From: Solirubrobacterales bacterium
Lineage (GTDB): Bacteria; Actinomycetota; Thermoleophilia; Solirubrobacterales; 70-9
DNA: 40,729 bases
NCBI GenBank assembly: GCA_050996575.1
Contig: JBPCRS010000134.1
Span: forward strand, 1 to 40,729
Direction: 5' to 3'
How positions within the stretch are numbered: position 1 is the first letter of the stretch; each line of letters starts with the position of its first letter. The notes under the pieces are model-generated. The model worked only from the letters and a program-made list of their open reading frames with translations. It was not told the DNA's origin and searched no databases. Position numbers and translations under genes: made by a program. Below, piece by piece: positions 26,206-35,375 of the stretch.

Positions 26206-26317
26206 TCTCCCCCTCCGCTCGCGGCGGCGCGGGGAACGGCGCTTGCTCAAGCATCGAATCTGAGCGTCGTCATCGTCTGACAACGTAACCTGGGCCTGGC
26301 AGCGTTCGCGGCGCGGG

Positions 26318-27838
26318 ATGGAAACGGGATTACTGACACGGAGAGCGGGATCGGCGATCCGCCATGGTTCGTGGACTCCATCGCCCGGCGCCGGAGGCGC
26401 CTGGCCGGTCGCCGCGGGAATCGGCGTCGCCGGTGTCGCCGGGGTCCTCGCCGGCGGCGGCGACTGGCAGCTTGCGATCGCGGCGGCGTTCGGACCCGCG
26501 TTCGTGGTGCTCGCCACGGCGGTGCCGGAGCGCACGGCGCTAGCGCTGATCGTGGCGTTGCCCTTTCTTTTCTATCCGGCAACGATCGGCGAGTTCTCCC
26601 TGTTTCTCGCGGTACCGCTGTTCGGCTACACATCGGTGGTCCTGCTGACCAGGCAGACGGCTTCGTTTCACCGGCTTGGCAGGGTCCTGCCGGCGATCGC
26701 CTTCGGGATCCTGCTCGCGATCACCGTGGTGGTGGCACTGCTTTCGGCCGACCAGGCGGCCGGGCTGAGCCGTTCTCTTTACCTAACCCTGTTCGGCCTC
26801 TTCGCCTGGTCATTGGCGGCGACGCTTGCTGACGGCCGCCTTTCTCGAACCGACGTGGCGAAGGCAATCGTGTTCAGCGGTGCCCTTGCGGCCGCCGCCG
26901 TGTCGATCCAGTTCCTGGCTCAATTCGCGACCAGCACCGGATCGGTTCGAACCTGGCTCTTCGACACCGCACCGCTGTTCGCGGGCGAGGGGAACGTTGG
27001 CGGCAGCAACTGGATCATCACCGACCTCGAGGTCATCCGCGGCCTCTTCCCCTTCCTCGCTCCAGCCGGTGCCGGGCAGTTCCTGATGCTGACGCTGATT
27101 GCCGGTGTCTGGCTGCGGCGTGAGAACGCGTTTCGCACTCAGTTCGGGCCGGGGATCGAGCTCGCGCTCTTGATCCTGATCGGCGCCGCGCTCCTGTTCA
27201 CCTTCTCGCGCCAGTCGTGGGTCGGCGCCGTGGTGGGGATAGTCGCCCTCGGGATGCGGTCCAGGGCCGCTGGAACGCTCGGAGCGATGGTGATCGCCGC
27301 GATCATGGTCATGGTCTTGCCGATCCCGGGCGGGAGTGGCTCGTTCGGGGACTATCTGCTCACCGCCGGCGACACGTCGACGATCTCCACATCGAATCGG
27401 ATCGACATCTGGGAAAACGCGATCGAACAGATCCCCGATCACGCGATTATTGGAGTCGGTCCGGGGCTGATCGAGACCGAAACGATCAGCGCAGATCCGA
27501 GCCGTCGCACCTACGCGCACAACATTTTCCTCGATGCCGCGCTCGAGCTTGGGGTGCCGGGGGCCTTCGCCCTGGCTGCCGTGCTCGTCCTCGCAATCGC
27601 GGCTGCCCTGCGGCGGAGAGCCGAGCTCGCCTTTGCAATGCTCGCCGCCTACACCGTCGCCGGGATCTTCGACGACGTCTTCTACTTCCCCAAGAACGGC
27701 TTGCTGCTGGCCGCAGGGTTCGCGCTGATCGCCGGATCGGACGCGGTCTCGGGATCGATCAGCCCGAACCGCTCAAACGCCGCGACCAATCCGAGCGCGG
27801 CGAGGACGACGAAGAACGGTTCGAGCGGCACTCGGTAG
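26318..27838 (+). CDS. O-antigen ligase/polymerase-like (Wzy_C domain) polytopic membrane protein
   Basis: 10+ hydrophobic segments, with LLFTFSRQSWVGAVVGIV and YAHNIFLDAALELGVPGAF, both typical of the O-antigen ligase/Wzy family. Start is uncertain. Confidence 0.75.
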   Translation: METGLLTRRAGSAIRHGSWTPSPGAGGAWPVAAGIGVAGVAGVLAGGGDWQLAIAAAFGPAFVVLATAVPERTALALIVALPFLFYPATIGEFSLFLAVPLFGYTSVVLLTRQTASFHRLGRVLPAIAFGILLAITVVVALLSADQAAGLSRSLYLTLFGLFAWSLAATLADGRLSRTDVAKAIVFSGALAAAAVSIQFLAQFATSTGSVRTWLFDTAPLFAGEGNVGGSNWIITDLEVIRGLFPFLAPAGAGQFLMLTLIAGVWLRRENAFRTQFGPGIELALLILIGAALLFTFSRQSWVGAVVGIVALGMRSRAAGTLGAMVIAAIMVMVLPIPGGSGSFGDYLLTAGDTSTISTSNRIDIWENAIEQIPDHAIIGVGPGLIETETISADPSRRTYAHNIFLDAALELGVPGAFALAAVLVLAIAAALRRRAELAFAMLAAYTVAGIFDDVFYFPKNGLLLAAGFALIAGSDAVSGSISPNRSNAATNPSAARTTKNGSSGTR

Positions 27839-27981
27839 CGACTCGTCCCCGAGACGAAGACCACGCTGAGAAACAGCAACTGGACGAATAGCCATACGCC
27901 CCAGGTAACCCGTCGCGCGGCGCGGGTGAAGGCTCCGATCACCGCGAGCGCGGCGGCGACGTAGAACGACAGCGTCCAGCT
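27682..27981 (-). pseudogene. possible C-terminal remnant of a polytopic (GT39/ArnT-like) glycosyltransferase
   Basis: Only the last ~99 codons of the listed 234-aa ORF look protein-like (FYVAAALAVIGAF...WLFVQLLFLSVVFVSGTSRYRVPLEPFFVVLAALGL). There is no canonical start, and the rest of the ORF is Arg-rich and overlaps the GtrA-like ORF. Confidence 0.25.
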
Positions 27982-28001
27982 TTTTCGCCTATCGCGCGTT
28001 C

Positions 28002-28253
28002 GTGTTCTACGTCGAGGGGAAGGTTTTCCGCGATCTCGTGCGCTTCTCGTCCGTCTACGGCGTCGGGCTGCTCCTGCAAGCTGCACTCCTCTCGCTTCTC
28101 GTCGAGGTAGTCGAGGACCCCGTTCTCGCCGCACAACCACTCGCGATCGGAATGATGGCGATCTACGGATTCTTCGCCAACCGATATTTCTCTTTCCGTA
28201 GAAACGACACGGAACCCGTTCCGCCGCTGGCGTCGGCAGGCCCGCGCGACTAA
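28002..28253 (+). CDS. GtrA-family protein, half-size (first two TM segments only)
   Basis: LVRFSSVYGVGLLLQAALLSLL... and GFFANRYFSFRRN match the GtrA TM1-TM2 region and its NRxW/F-F motif. The TM3-TM4 half is missing. Confidence 0.5.
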   Translation: MFYVEGKVFRDLVRFSSVYGVGLLLQAALLSLLVEVVEDPVLAAQPLAIGMMAIYGFFANRYFSFRRNDTEPVPPLASAGPRD

Positions 28254-28303
28254 AGACTCCGCGACTTCGACCGAGATCAGCAGATCCACCTATCGTTTGC
28301 CCT

Positions 28304-28774
28304 ATGAGCCGACTCGCGAAAGCCACCGTGACTGTCGCAATATTGGTTGCGGTCTGGCCAGCGCTCGCGCCGGCGCAAACCACCACGGGACCCAGCCGCG
28401 AGGACTTCGCCGCCGCGGCAGATCAGATCTGCGAGCAGCCCTACCGGAAAGCATTCCGGCGGCTCAATCGTGCCGGGCGCCTCAAAGACCGTGGCTTCGA
28501 GGTGAAGGCGGGCAAGACGCTCGTCGGCGCCGGGAGCGTGACTCTATTGGCCCTTAAACGGGTCGGTCGACTGGACCGGCCCGTGGAGGATGCGGACAGA
28601 ATTGCCCGGTGGCTCGACGAGATGCGCCCCGGCGTTCGCTTTCTCAACAAGAGCGGAAGGGCCCTCGCCGACCACCACCCGGAGCGCTCCAAGCGGCTAT
28701 TGAAGAAGTCGAACCGCAAGGTGCGCAGGGCAAAACGCATCGTGAGCGACCTCGGCATGGAGATCTGCGCGTAG
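28304..28774 (+). CDS. secreted hypothetical protein
   Basis: Signal peptide MSRLAKATVTVAILVAVWPALAPAQ followed by a basic 130-aa mature part. No family recognised. Confidence 0.5.
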   Translation: MSRLAKATVTVAILVAVWPALAPAQTTTGPSREDFAAAADQICEQPYRKAFRRLNRAGRLKDRGFEVKAGKTLVGAGSVTLLALKRVGRLDRPVEDADRIARWLDEMRPGVRFLNKSGRALADHHPERSKRLLKKSNRKVRRAKRIVSDLGMEICA

Positions 28775-28787
28775 CCTTGCACGCATC

Positions 28788-29717
28788 GTGCCGCACGATC
28801 CAGCGATTCATCTTTCGGTCGTCATTCCGACGCGGGATCGGCCTGCACTAGTCGCCGACTGCCTGGCGACGCTGCTCTCACAGGAGGAACCCCCAGGTGG
28901 GATGGAGATCCTGCTAATCGACGACGGCTCTGCGGAACCATTGACGATGGAGGGCGCCGGTCATGGGTCCCGCGTGCGCTGCGTGCGGCAGGACGCCCAA
29001 GGATTGAACGTTGCTCGCAATCGCGGTGTGGCCGAGGCTCGGGGAAAATTGCTCGCCTTCCTCGATGACGACACCCTCGTACGACCTGGATGGGCAAGCG
29101 CTGTGGCCGAGGGGTTCGCGGTGACGGGGTGTGATGCGCTCGGCGGCCGCATCACCCTGCAGTTCGAGAGCGATCCGCCACCGTGGCTGACACCCAGGCA
29201 GTTCAGTTTCCTCTCCCACTACGACCTCGGACCGGAACCGCAGGAGGTGAGCACACGCGTACGCCTTCCCTTCGGCGCCAATTTCGCGGTCAGGCGCGAG
29301 ACCCTCGAGCGACTTGGTGGCTTCCGTCCCGACCTCGACCGTATCGGCTCGACTTTGATCTCGAACGGCGAGACAGAGCTACTGCTTCGTATCGTCGACG
29401 AGAACGGCAAGATCGCCTACTGGCCCGCCGCCGACGTCGCTCACCGCGTGCCGGCGGAGCGCCTGACGAAATCCTGGTTTCAGGAGCGCGCCCTCGCGCA
29501 GGGGGTGAGCGATGTCCGCACGATCCCGCCCGGCAAACGCACCGATTCGATCATCCGGACCCTGCTCGTGGCCCGTCAACTGATCTTCATCGCGGGCAGC
29601 CTCCCTGGCGTCGCGAGTCGGTTGGCTCGCGAGCGGAGCCGCTTCGACCAGGCGCTGTGGTGGACCTATTGCCGTGGCCGCATCGATGAGGCGAAACGGT
29701 TCCGCCTGCGCCCGTGA
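28788..29717 (+). CDS. glycosyltransferase family 2
   Basis: LSVVIPTRDRPALVADCL, LLIDDGS, FLDDDT. GTG start. Confidence 0.85.
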   Translation: MPHDPAIHLSVVIPTRDRPALVADCLATLLSQEEPPGGMEILLIDDGSAEPLTMEGAGHGSRVRCVRQDAQGLNVARNRGVAEARGKLLAFLDDDTLVRPGWASAVAEGFAVTGCDALGGRITLQFESDPPPWLTPRQFSFLSHYDLGPEPQEVSTRVRLPFGANFAVRRETLERLGGFRPDLDRIGSTLISNGETELLLRIVDENGKIAYWPAADVAHRVPAERLTKSWFQERALAQGVSDVRTIPPGKRTDSIIRTLLVARQLIFIAGSLPGVASRLARERSRFDQALWWTYCRGRIDEAKRFRLRP

Positions 29718-30913
29718 CGGCGTCCGAAGTTCTCGATCGCGAGCTCGTAGGCACTCATGGTCTCGGCGGCGATTCGATCCGGATCGCAGCGGTGCGCAAT
29801 GTCGTTGGCCGCCGCCGCCCCCATTCGGCGGCGATCATCGGGCGATTCGAGCAGGTCCGCGATCGCGTCCGCGAGAGCCGCCGGCTCCTCGGGGGGCACG
29901 AGACGACCGGTTACGCCGTCGTCGACAACGTCGTCGAGACCCGCGATCCGCGAGGCGACCACGGGGCGACCCAGTGCCGCCGCCTCGGCGGCGACGAGGC
30001 CAAAGCTCTCCCACCGCGAGGGCACCGCACACACCGCGGCGCGGCGTAGCTCCGCCACGACCGCGTCCGGATGCCAGTCGTCGATCAACTCGACGGCATG
30101 CGCGATTCCGAGCTCGGCTATCTGCCGGCGGAGATCCTCGAGAAAGGACCCGTGCCCGAGCACGGGCGTATCCCTGCCGCGCAGGACGACTCGGGCCTCT
30201 GGGACCCGCTCGAGTAATCGAGGTACGGCGCGGACGAGCACGTCGGGCCCCTTCCGCGCCTCAAAGCGACCGACGAATGCGACCGTGGCCTTGGCATCGC
30301 CGCCCCCCCGCTCGTCGGCCGGCGGAGGTAGTGGCTGCACCCGCGCGACCGGATATCGGATCGTGCGGACACGGTCGGGATCGACGCCGAGCTCGACTGG
30401 CACCGTTGACGTCAGCGCGCGAGTGCCGGTGACCACATCTGCGCGCCGTATCAACGCCTCCTCAAACTTGATCACCTGGCGACGGTCGCGCTGGATCGGG
30501 CCGATGAACGGCAGCACCTGGGCTCCGCCCGAGTGAAGCCTAACCACCGACGGAACGGCACGGCGCAGGGCGAGCACCAAGCCCTCGGCCCCCCACTCGG
30601 GTGACTCCCAGACGTCGAAGCCGAGCCCGAGGCGCCGGTGCTCGAGCGCGAGCGTGGCCGCACCACAGAGGCGCTGCCAGGCGATCGGCGTGCCCAGTGC
30701 CCTGCCCACCCCGCGCGGTCGGCGCAGCGGAGCGCGGTGCACGTGCACGCCTTCTCCTGTTCGCGTACTGCGAGCCTGTCCCTCGATCACCGAGAGGACG
30801 TGGACCTCGGCCCCGGCACGGACGAGCGCGGGAGCGATGATCCCGGCGTAGGTACCGATCCCGCCCCAGCCGGTCTCGGGCGGAAATTCCTGCGAAATCA
30901 GAAGTACACGCAT
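29666..30913 (-). CDS. glycosyltransferase family 4
   Basis: MRVLLISQEFPPETGWGGIGTYA and VPSRWESFGLVAAEAAALGRPVVASRIAGLDDVV. Confidence 0.88.
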   Translation of the reverse strand: MRVLLISQEFPPETGWGGIGTYAGIIAPALVRAGAEVHVLSVIEGQARSTRTGEGVHVHRAPLRRPRGVGRALGTPIAWQRLCGAATLALEHRRLGLGFDVWESPEWGAEGLVLALRRAVPSVVRLHSGGAQVLPFIGPIQRDRRQVIKFEEALIRRADVVTGTRALTSTVPVELGVDPDRVRTIRYPVARVQPLPPPADERGGGDAKATVAFVGRFEARKGPDVLVRAVPRLLERVPEARVVLRGRDTPVLGHGSFLEDLRRQIAELGIAHAVELIDDWHPDAVVAELRRAAVCAVPSRWESFGLVAAEAAALGRPVVASRIAGLDDVVDDGVTGRLVPPEEPAALADAIADLLESPDDRRRMGAAAANDIAHRCDPDRIAAETMSAYELAIENFGRRHGRRRNRFASSMRPRQ

Positions 30914-30943
30914 CGGAGGAGGAGCCTGCCAGAATCCGCCGTC

Positions 30944-31924
30944 TTGGAGCTCTCCTATTGCATCGTCAACACGAACGGGCGGGACTACCTGCTGGAATGC
31001 CTGGAGTCAATCCGCGAAACCCATCCCGCCGGGGTGGAGCACGAGATCGTCGTTCTCAACAACGCCGTCGATGACGGCTCGCTCAAGGCCGTTCGCGAGC
31101 GGTTCCCGCAGGTGCGCCTGTTCACGCGCGACGACCGCGCGGGCGCGTCGGAGAACAACAGCTTCGTCCTGCGTGAGGCTCGCGGGCGATTTTGCATGCT
31201 CCTGGACGAGGACGCGGTCCTGCTCGAGGGCTGCATGGAAGCGCTGCTCAATGCCGTGAGGTCCGATCCGCGTACAGCGGTGGCCGGCGCACAACTCTTC
31301 TACCCGGACGGTCGCGGGATCGGTTGCGCTTGGCGCATGCCCGGTATCGGGACGGCTCTCGCCGAGGCCCTCTTCCTGACCAGATGGCTTGCCGTCCAGA
31401 CGTCGAAGACCACACGCGAGGCGGGCTGGGTCCAATCCGCAGCGATGCTCGTGCGACGCGATGCCGCCGAGCAGGTCGGCTTTTACGACGAGTCGTTCTT
31501 CCTCTACTACGACGAAGTCGATCTCCAGAAGAAGCTGCACGACGCCGGCTGGCGGGTCCTCCACGTGCCCGACGCGCGCGCGATCCACAACCAGCAGATC
31601 TCGACCGATCGCGCCGTCGGCGCGCGGCGCGTAGTCGAGCTGCATCGAATGCACGACAAGTACCTGCGAAAGCATCATTCCGCCACCGTGGCGATGGTCG
31701 TCCGCCCGCTGGTCGCCTGGAAATACGCGCGCCGCGCGGCGATCGCGCGGGTCATACCCGGGCGAGAGGTCGGCGACTTCTGGCTCAACGCGAAACAGGC
31801 CCTGCGCCCGCACCGCGGCGAGGGGATGCACGAAAGGGCGGTGGAATTCAACGAGGAGCGCGGGGCGCAGGTCGGGCCGCGAAGCGTCCAGGAGCCGGTC
31901 AGCGAGGCCGCTGGAAGCACCTGA
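30944..31924 (+). CDS. glycosyltransferase family 2 (rhamnosyltransferase-like)
   Basis: SYCIVNTNGRDYLLECL, VVLNNAVDDGS, LLDEDA, FLYYDEVDL. Start is uncertain (TTG 30944 or CTG 30926 behind GGAGGAGGAG). Confidence 0.8.
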   Translation: MELSYCIVNTNGRDYLLECLESIRETHPAGVEHEIVVLNNAVDDGSLKAVRERFPQVRLFTRDDRAGASENNSFVLREARGRFCMLLDEDAVLLEGCMEALLNAVRSDPRTAVAGAQLFYPDGRGIGCAWRMPGIGTALAEALFLTRWLAVQTSKTTREAGWVQSAAMLVRRDAAEQVGFYDESFFLYYDEVDLQKKLHDAGWRVLHVPDARAIHNQQISTDRAVGARRVVELHRMHDKYLRKHHSATVAMVVRPLVAWKYARRAAIARVIPGREVGDFWLNAKQALRPHRGEGMHERAVEFNEERGAQVGPRSVQEPVSEAAGST

Positions 31925-31954
31925 GCCGCCCCGCGCTCCGACTGGGCCAGCGGC

Positions 31955-32911
31955 TCAGTGGTGACGTTCAAGAGTCGCTCGCGGCGCCAGGCCGGTGCAG
32001 TGAGCACGGACCGCGCCCAAAGCCGCGTGGCGGGCCGTCCTCCAACGGCCGCCGCGTGCGAGCGCGAGCGGAGTCAGCAGAGCGGCCCGAACCGCGTAGG
32101 CGATCACGTTGATGAGAGCAACAGTCCGCGTGATCGCGAGCCCGCGCCGTCTCAGCATCCAGGCGTAGGTGCTGCGATGCCATCGGTCGTAGCGCTGCCC
32201 CTCCTCCCACAGCTTGGTAGTCGCCGACGACTCGTCGTGATGAAACACGGCGTCGGCCGCGTAGATCGTGTGCCAACCCCCCCGCCGGGCCCGCCAGCCG
32301 AGATCGAGGTCCTCGGCGAACATCCACTGGCTCGGATCGAACCCGCCGATCGCGTCCCAGGCGCTTCGTCTGACGAGCAGAAAAGCCCCGACCGCCCAAG
32401 GAACAGGCCCGGAGCGCGCGCCATCCCATCCGCCGGGAACCGGCCACCGACGTCGGAGGCGTCGGCTTAGGCGAAACGCACCGAGCCCGTGAAGGATCGT
32501 GAACGGAACCGTGGGAAACGAGAAAATCGAATGCTGCACGGTGCCGTCCGGCAACACCAGCCGGGGCGCGACGATCCCCGCGGCGGGATCGGCGCGACCG
32601 GCCGCAAGAAGGCGCTCGAGCGCGCCGGGCTCGAGCCGGACGTCGGCATTGGCCGGCGCGATCCACTCGCTTCGCGTGCGCTCGCTGACGAGGTTCACGG
32701 CCGCGCCGAATCCGAGGTTCTCATCAACGGCGACGAGTTCGGCCCACGGATAACTCTCGCGAACCAGGTCAGCCGAGCCGTCGCTTGAGGCGTTGTCGAC
32801 CACCCAGACTTCGGCGCGCCCACCTTCGTGCTCAATGGCCAGCGAGTCGAGGCACTCGCGCAGCTGCTCGCGAGTGTTCCAGGAGACGACCGCGACGGCG
32901 ACGGTGGCCAT
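31955..32911 (-). CDS. glycosyltransferase family 2 (rhamnosyltransferase-like)
   Basis: VAVVSWNTREQLRECL, VVDNASSDGS, GFGAAVN, PANADV, MFAEDLDL. Confidence 0.88.
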   Translation of the reverse strand: MATVAVAVVSWNTREQLRECLDSLAIEHEGGRAEVWVVDNASSDGSADLVRESYPWAELVAVDENLGFGAAVNLVSERTRSEWIAPANADVRLEPGALERLLAAGRADPAAGIVAPRLVLPDGTVQHSIFSFPTVPFTILHGLGAFRLSRRLRRRWPVPGGWDGARSGPVPWAVGAFLLVRRSAWDAIGGFDPSQWMFAEDLDLGWRARRGGWHTIYAADAVFHHDESSATTKLWEEGQRYDRWHRSTYAWMLRRRGLAITRTVALINVIAYAVRAALLTPLALARGGRWRTARHAALGAVRAHCTGLAPRATLERHH

Positions 32912-32931
32912 GCGGCAACAATACGCAGCCG

Positions 32932-34491
32932 ATGACTGAGCTCCAGTTCCCGGACGCCGATCCGACCCCGGACGAGGTCGCGGTAGAAGCCCAGCCCTAC
33001 CAGGGGCGATTTGGAGCGATCCGGAGCCTGCGTCAGCACGCCGCGCGGGGCATGATCGTCAATTCGATCTACCAGATCGGCCTAGCGGGCCTGGCACTGG
33101 TCCGCGGATTGGGCGCGGCAGCGTTCCTGACCACGAGCGAGTACGGGATCTGGGGCCTGCTTGGGCTCTCGATATTCACCGTCATCGCGATGAAGAGCAT
33201 CGGCGTGAATCAGAAGTACGTCCAGCAGTCCGAGGACGACCAGGAGCTCGCATTCCAGCGCGGATTCACGATCGAGCTGATCTTCTCGTCCATCTCGCTG
33301 CCCACGGTTGCGGCGGTCGTTTGCGGCGTAGCGCTGGTCACGGGGCATTCGGAATTGATCGTCCCCGGGCTCATCCTCACGCTGCTCGTACCTGGCCTTG
33401 CGCTGCAATTCCCGCTCATGGCCTACTACCGACGCATGGATTTCCGTCGGCAACGTACTCTCCAGGCGGTGGACCCGGTAGTGGCGACGGTGGTCACGAT
33501 CCTGCTCGCCGCATTGGACTTCGGCTACTGGGCTCTCGTCGTAGGAGCCGTCACGGGTGCCCTCGTGGGCGGCATCGTCGCGATCTTCAACTCGCCGTAT
33601 CCACTGCGAGTTCGCTACGACCACGGAACGCTTCGCCGGTACATTTCCTTTTCGGGGCCCATGGCGGTCGCGGGGGTCGCTGTGCTGTTCAGTTTCTACG
33701 CGATCTTTCTCACCGGCAACGTGGCGATCGGCTTGGTTGGTCTCGGCGCTTTCACCATGGTCGGAAACCTGGTTCGCTTTACCGACAAGGCGGACGCGGT
33801 GATCATGGAAACGTTGTACCCGGCGATCTGCGCAGTTCAGGATCGTGTCGCCACTCTCTACGACGCCTTCACAAAATCGAATCGTTTGGCGCTTATGTGG
33901 GCCGCCCCGTTTGGGATCGGCGTGAGCCTCTTCGCTTCCGACCTCGTCCATTTCGTCATCGGCGATCAGTGGACGGAGGCAATCCCTCTGCTCGAGGTGA
34001 TCGGCGTAATCACCGCCGTTCACCACGTCGGGTTCAATTGGTCGGCCTTCTATCTCGCTCGCGGCGAGACCAAGCCGATCGCGGTAGCCGCCGTGCTGGG
34101 TGGGGCCGCAACGGTCGCCGCTGGGGTGCCGCTGATGTTCGCGGCCGGCATTAGCGGCTTGGCGTGGGGGTACGCATTCGGAGAGATCGTCGCTCTTGCA
34201 AACCGCGGGCGCTACATCACTCGGCTGTTCCCCGACTTCAAGCCGCTGCGACACCTGATGCGAGCGTTCTGGCCGACGGCCATCGCGGCCGGCGCCGTCC
34301 TCGTCGTGGACGCAGTCGCAGAGCCCGGGGACACAGCCGCGGCGGCAGCACTCGAACTGGGCATGTTCCTCGCGATCGTCGCCGTCGCCACATGGTCGTT
34401 CGAACGTGCGCTCCTGCGTGAGGCGTTCGGTTACTTCTCTCGCCGGTCCGACACCTCAGGCCCAGAGGAGGCATCGGCCCCGGCGGTTTGA
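32932..34491 (+). CDS. MOP-superfamily polysaccharide/oligosaccharide flippase (Wzx-like)
   Basis: ~12-14 TM segments. The N-terminal region GMIVNSIYQIGLAGLALVRGLGAAAFLTTSEYGIWGLL is typical of Polysacc_synt proteins. ATG 32932 is only 20 nt from the divergent GT2 start. Confidence 0.8.
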   Translation: MTELQFPDADPTPDEVAVEAQPYQGRFGAIRSLRQHAARGMIVNSIYQIGLAGLALVRGLGAAAFLTTSEYGIWGLLGLSIFTVIAMKSIGVNQKYVQQSEDDQELAFQRGFTIELIFSSISLPTVAAVVCGVALVTGHSELIVPGLILTLLVPGLALQFPLMAYYRRMDFRRQRTLQAVDPVVATVVTILLAALDFGYWALVVGAVTGALVGGIVAIFNSPYPLRVRYDHGTLRRYISFSGPMAVAGVAVLFSFYAIFLTGNVAIGLVGLGAFTMVGNLVRFTDKADAVIMETLYPAICAVQDRVATLYDAFTKSNRLALMWAAPFGIGVSLFASDLVHFVIGDQWTEAIPLLEVIGVITAVHHVGFNWSAFYLARGETKPIAVAAVLGGAATVAAGVPLMFAAGISGLAWGYAFGEIVALANRGRYITRLFPDFKPLRHLMRAFWPTAIAAGAVLVVDAVAEPGDTAAAAALELGMFLAIVAVATWSFERALLREAFGYFSRRSDTSGPEEASAPAV

Positions 34492-35375
34492 CCGTCACCG
34501 GTCCGGCGACCGACCACGAGGCGCATGTTGGAGCAGCCTTGGGCATACCGATCCCAGACGTCGTCCGGATAGTCGGAGTTGTAATTCAGATAGTCGACGC
34601 TGCGGATCACCTCGCAGCCTCCCGCCCGAAGTCGTTCCTCAACGCGGTCCCATTCGATTCGGTCGGACTCCCAGACGTGGATGTCACCCTCGACGTTCCA
34701 CGGGTATGCGGGGTCGAACTTCTGCCGAATCCGTGCGTAGTACTTGGCGGGAACGAGGTAGCGCTGCCAGCGACGTCGCTCCGGGTTCCACCAGCCTGGC
34801 TGATTGATCCGATGGGCCTCCCAGGCCCGCATCAAATCCCAGAAACAGCTCGACTTGTCGTAGAAGTTGTCGTTCGCTTCGTGGTCGAGATAGACCACCC
34901 CTCCGGGGCGCAGGACCCGACACGCCTCGTCGACGATGGCGAGGTAGTCGGGAATGTGGTGAAGAACCGAATATGCGCAAACCATGTCCATCGAGCGGGC
35001 ATCGAGGCCGCTCAGGTCCCGGCCGTTCAGCAGCAGGGTGCGAAGGCGGGCCGACGTTCCGAACCGTCGCTCGACGAGTCGAAGGAAATGCGGGCTGACA
35101 TCCGCAGCCGTCACCTCGAGACCTAGGTCCAGGAGGTGTCGCGTGAGGTTCCCGGAGCCACAGCCGATGTCGAGCACGCGCACCGGGGCCGCACTCGTGC
35201 GGATCTCCGCGGCTGCGTGCGCCACCTCCTCTCGGAGCCTTGCTTGTTCGATCTCGTTGAATATCTCCGGGTGCTTGCGCTCGTAGCGGCGATGGCCGCG
35301 CCGGTACTTGCGCACCGAGAACTCAACAAGCTCCGCGGCGTCGGGCGATCTGCTCACTTTCCCCGCGTCCGTCAT
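34431..35375 (-). CDS. class I SAM-dependent methyltransferase with C-terminal extension
   Basis: VLDIGCGSGNLTRHLL, AADVSPHFL, VCAYSVLHHIPD, LRPGGVVYL. ATGA overlap with the upstream ORF at 35372-35375. Confidence 0.8.
   Translation of the reverse strand: MTDAGKVSRSPDAAELVEFSVRKYRRGHRRYERKHPEIFNEIEQARLREEVAHAAAEIRTSAAPVRVLDIGCGSGNLTRHLLDLGLEVTAADVSPHFLRLVERRFGTSARLRTLLLNGRDLSGLDARSMDMVCAYSVLHHIPDYLAIVDEACRVLRPGGVVYLDHEANDNFYDKSSCFWDLMRAWEAHRINQPGWWNPERRRWQRYLVPAKYYARIRQKFDPAYPWNVEGDIHVWESDRIEWDRVEERLRAGGCEVIRSVDYLNYNSDYPDDVWDRYAQGCSNMRLVVGRRTGDGQTAGADASSGPEVSDRREK

Noticed and set aside
26944-26953. GGTTCGAACC, a T-loop-like motif that might indicate a second tRNA.
   Set aside because: No acceptor, D or anticodon arms can be built around it, and it lies inside the well-supported Wzy-like membrane protein CDS.
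27682-28386. Full 234-aa minus-strand ORF as a gene.
   Set aside because: The N-terminal two thirds are an Arg-rich shadow of the GtrA-like ORF and the intergenic region. Only the C-terminal ~99 codons look protein-like, and these are reported separately as a low-confidence remnant.
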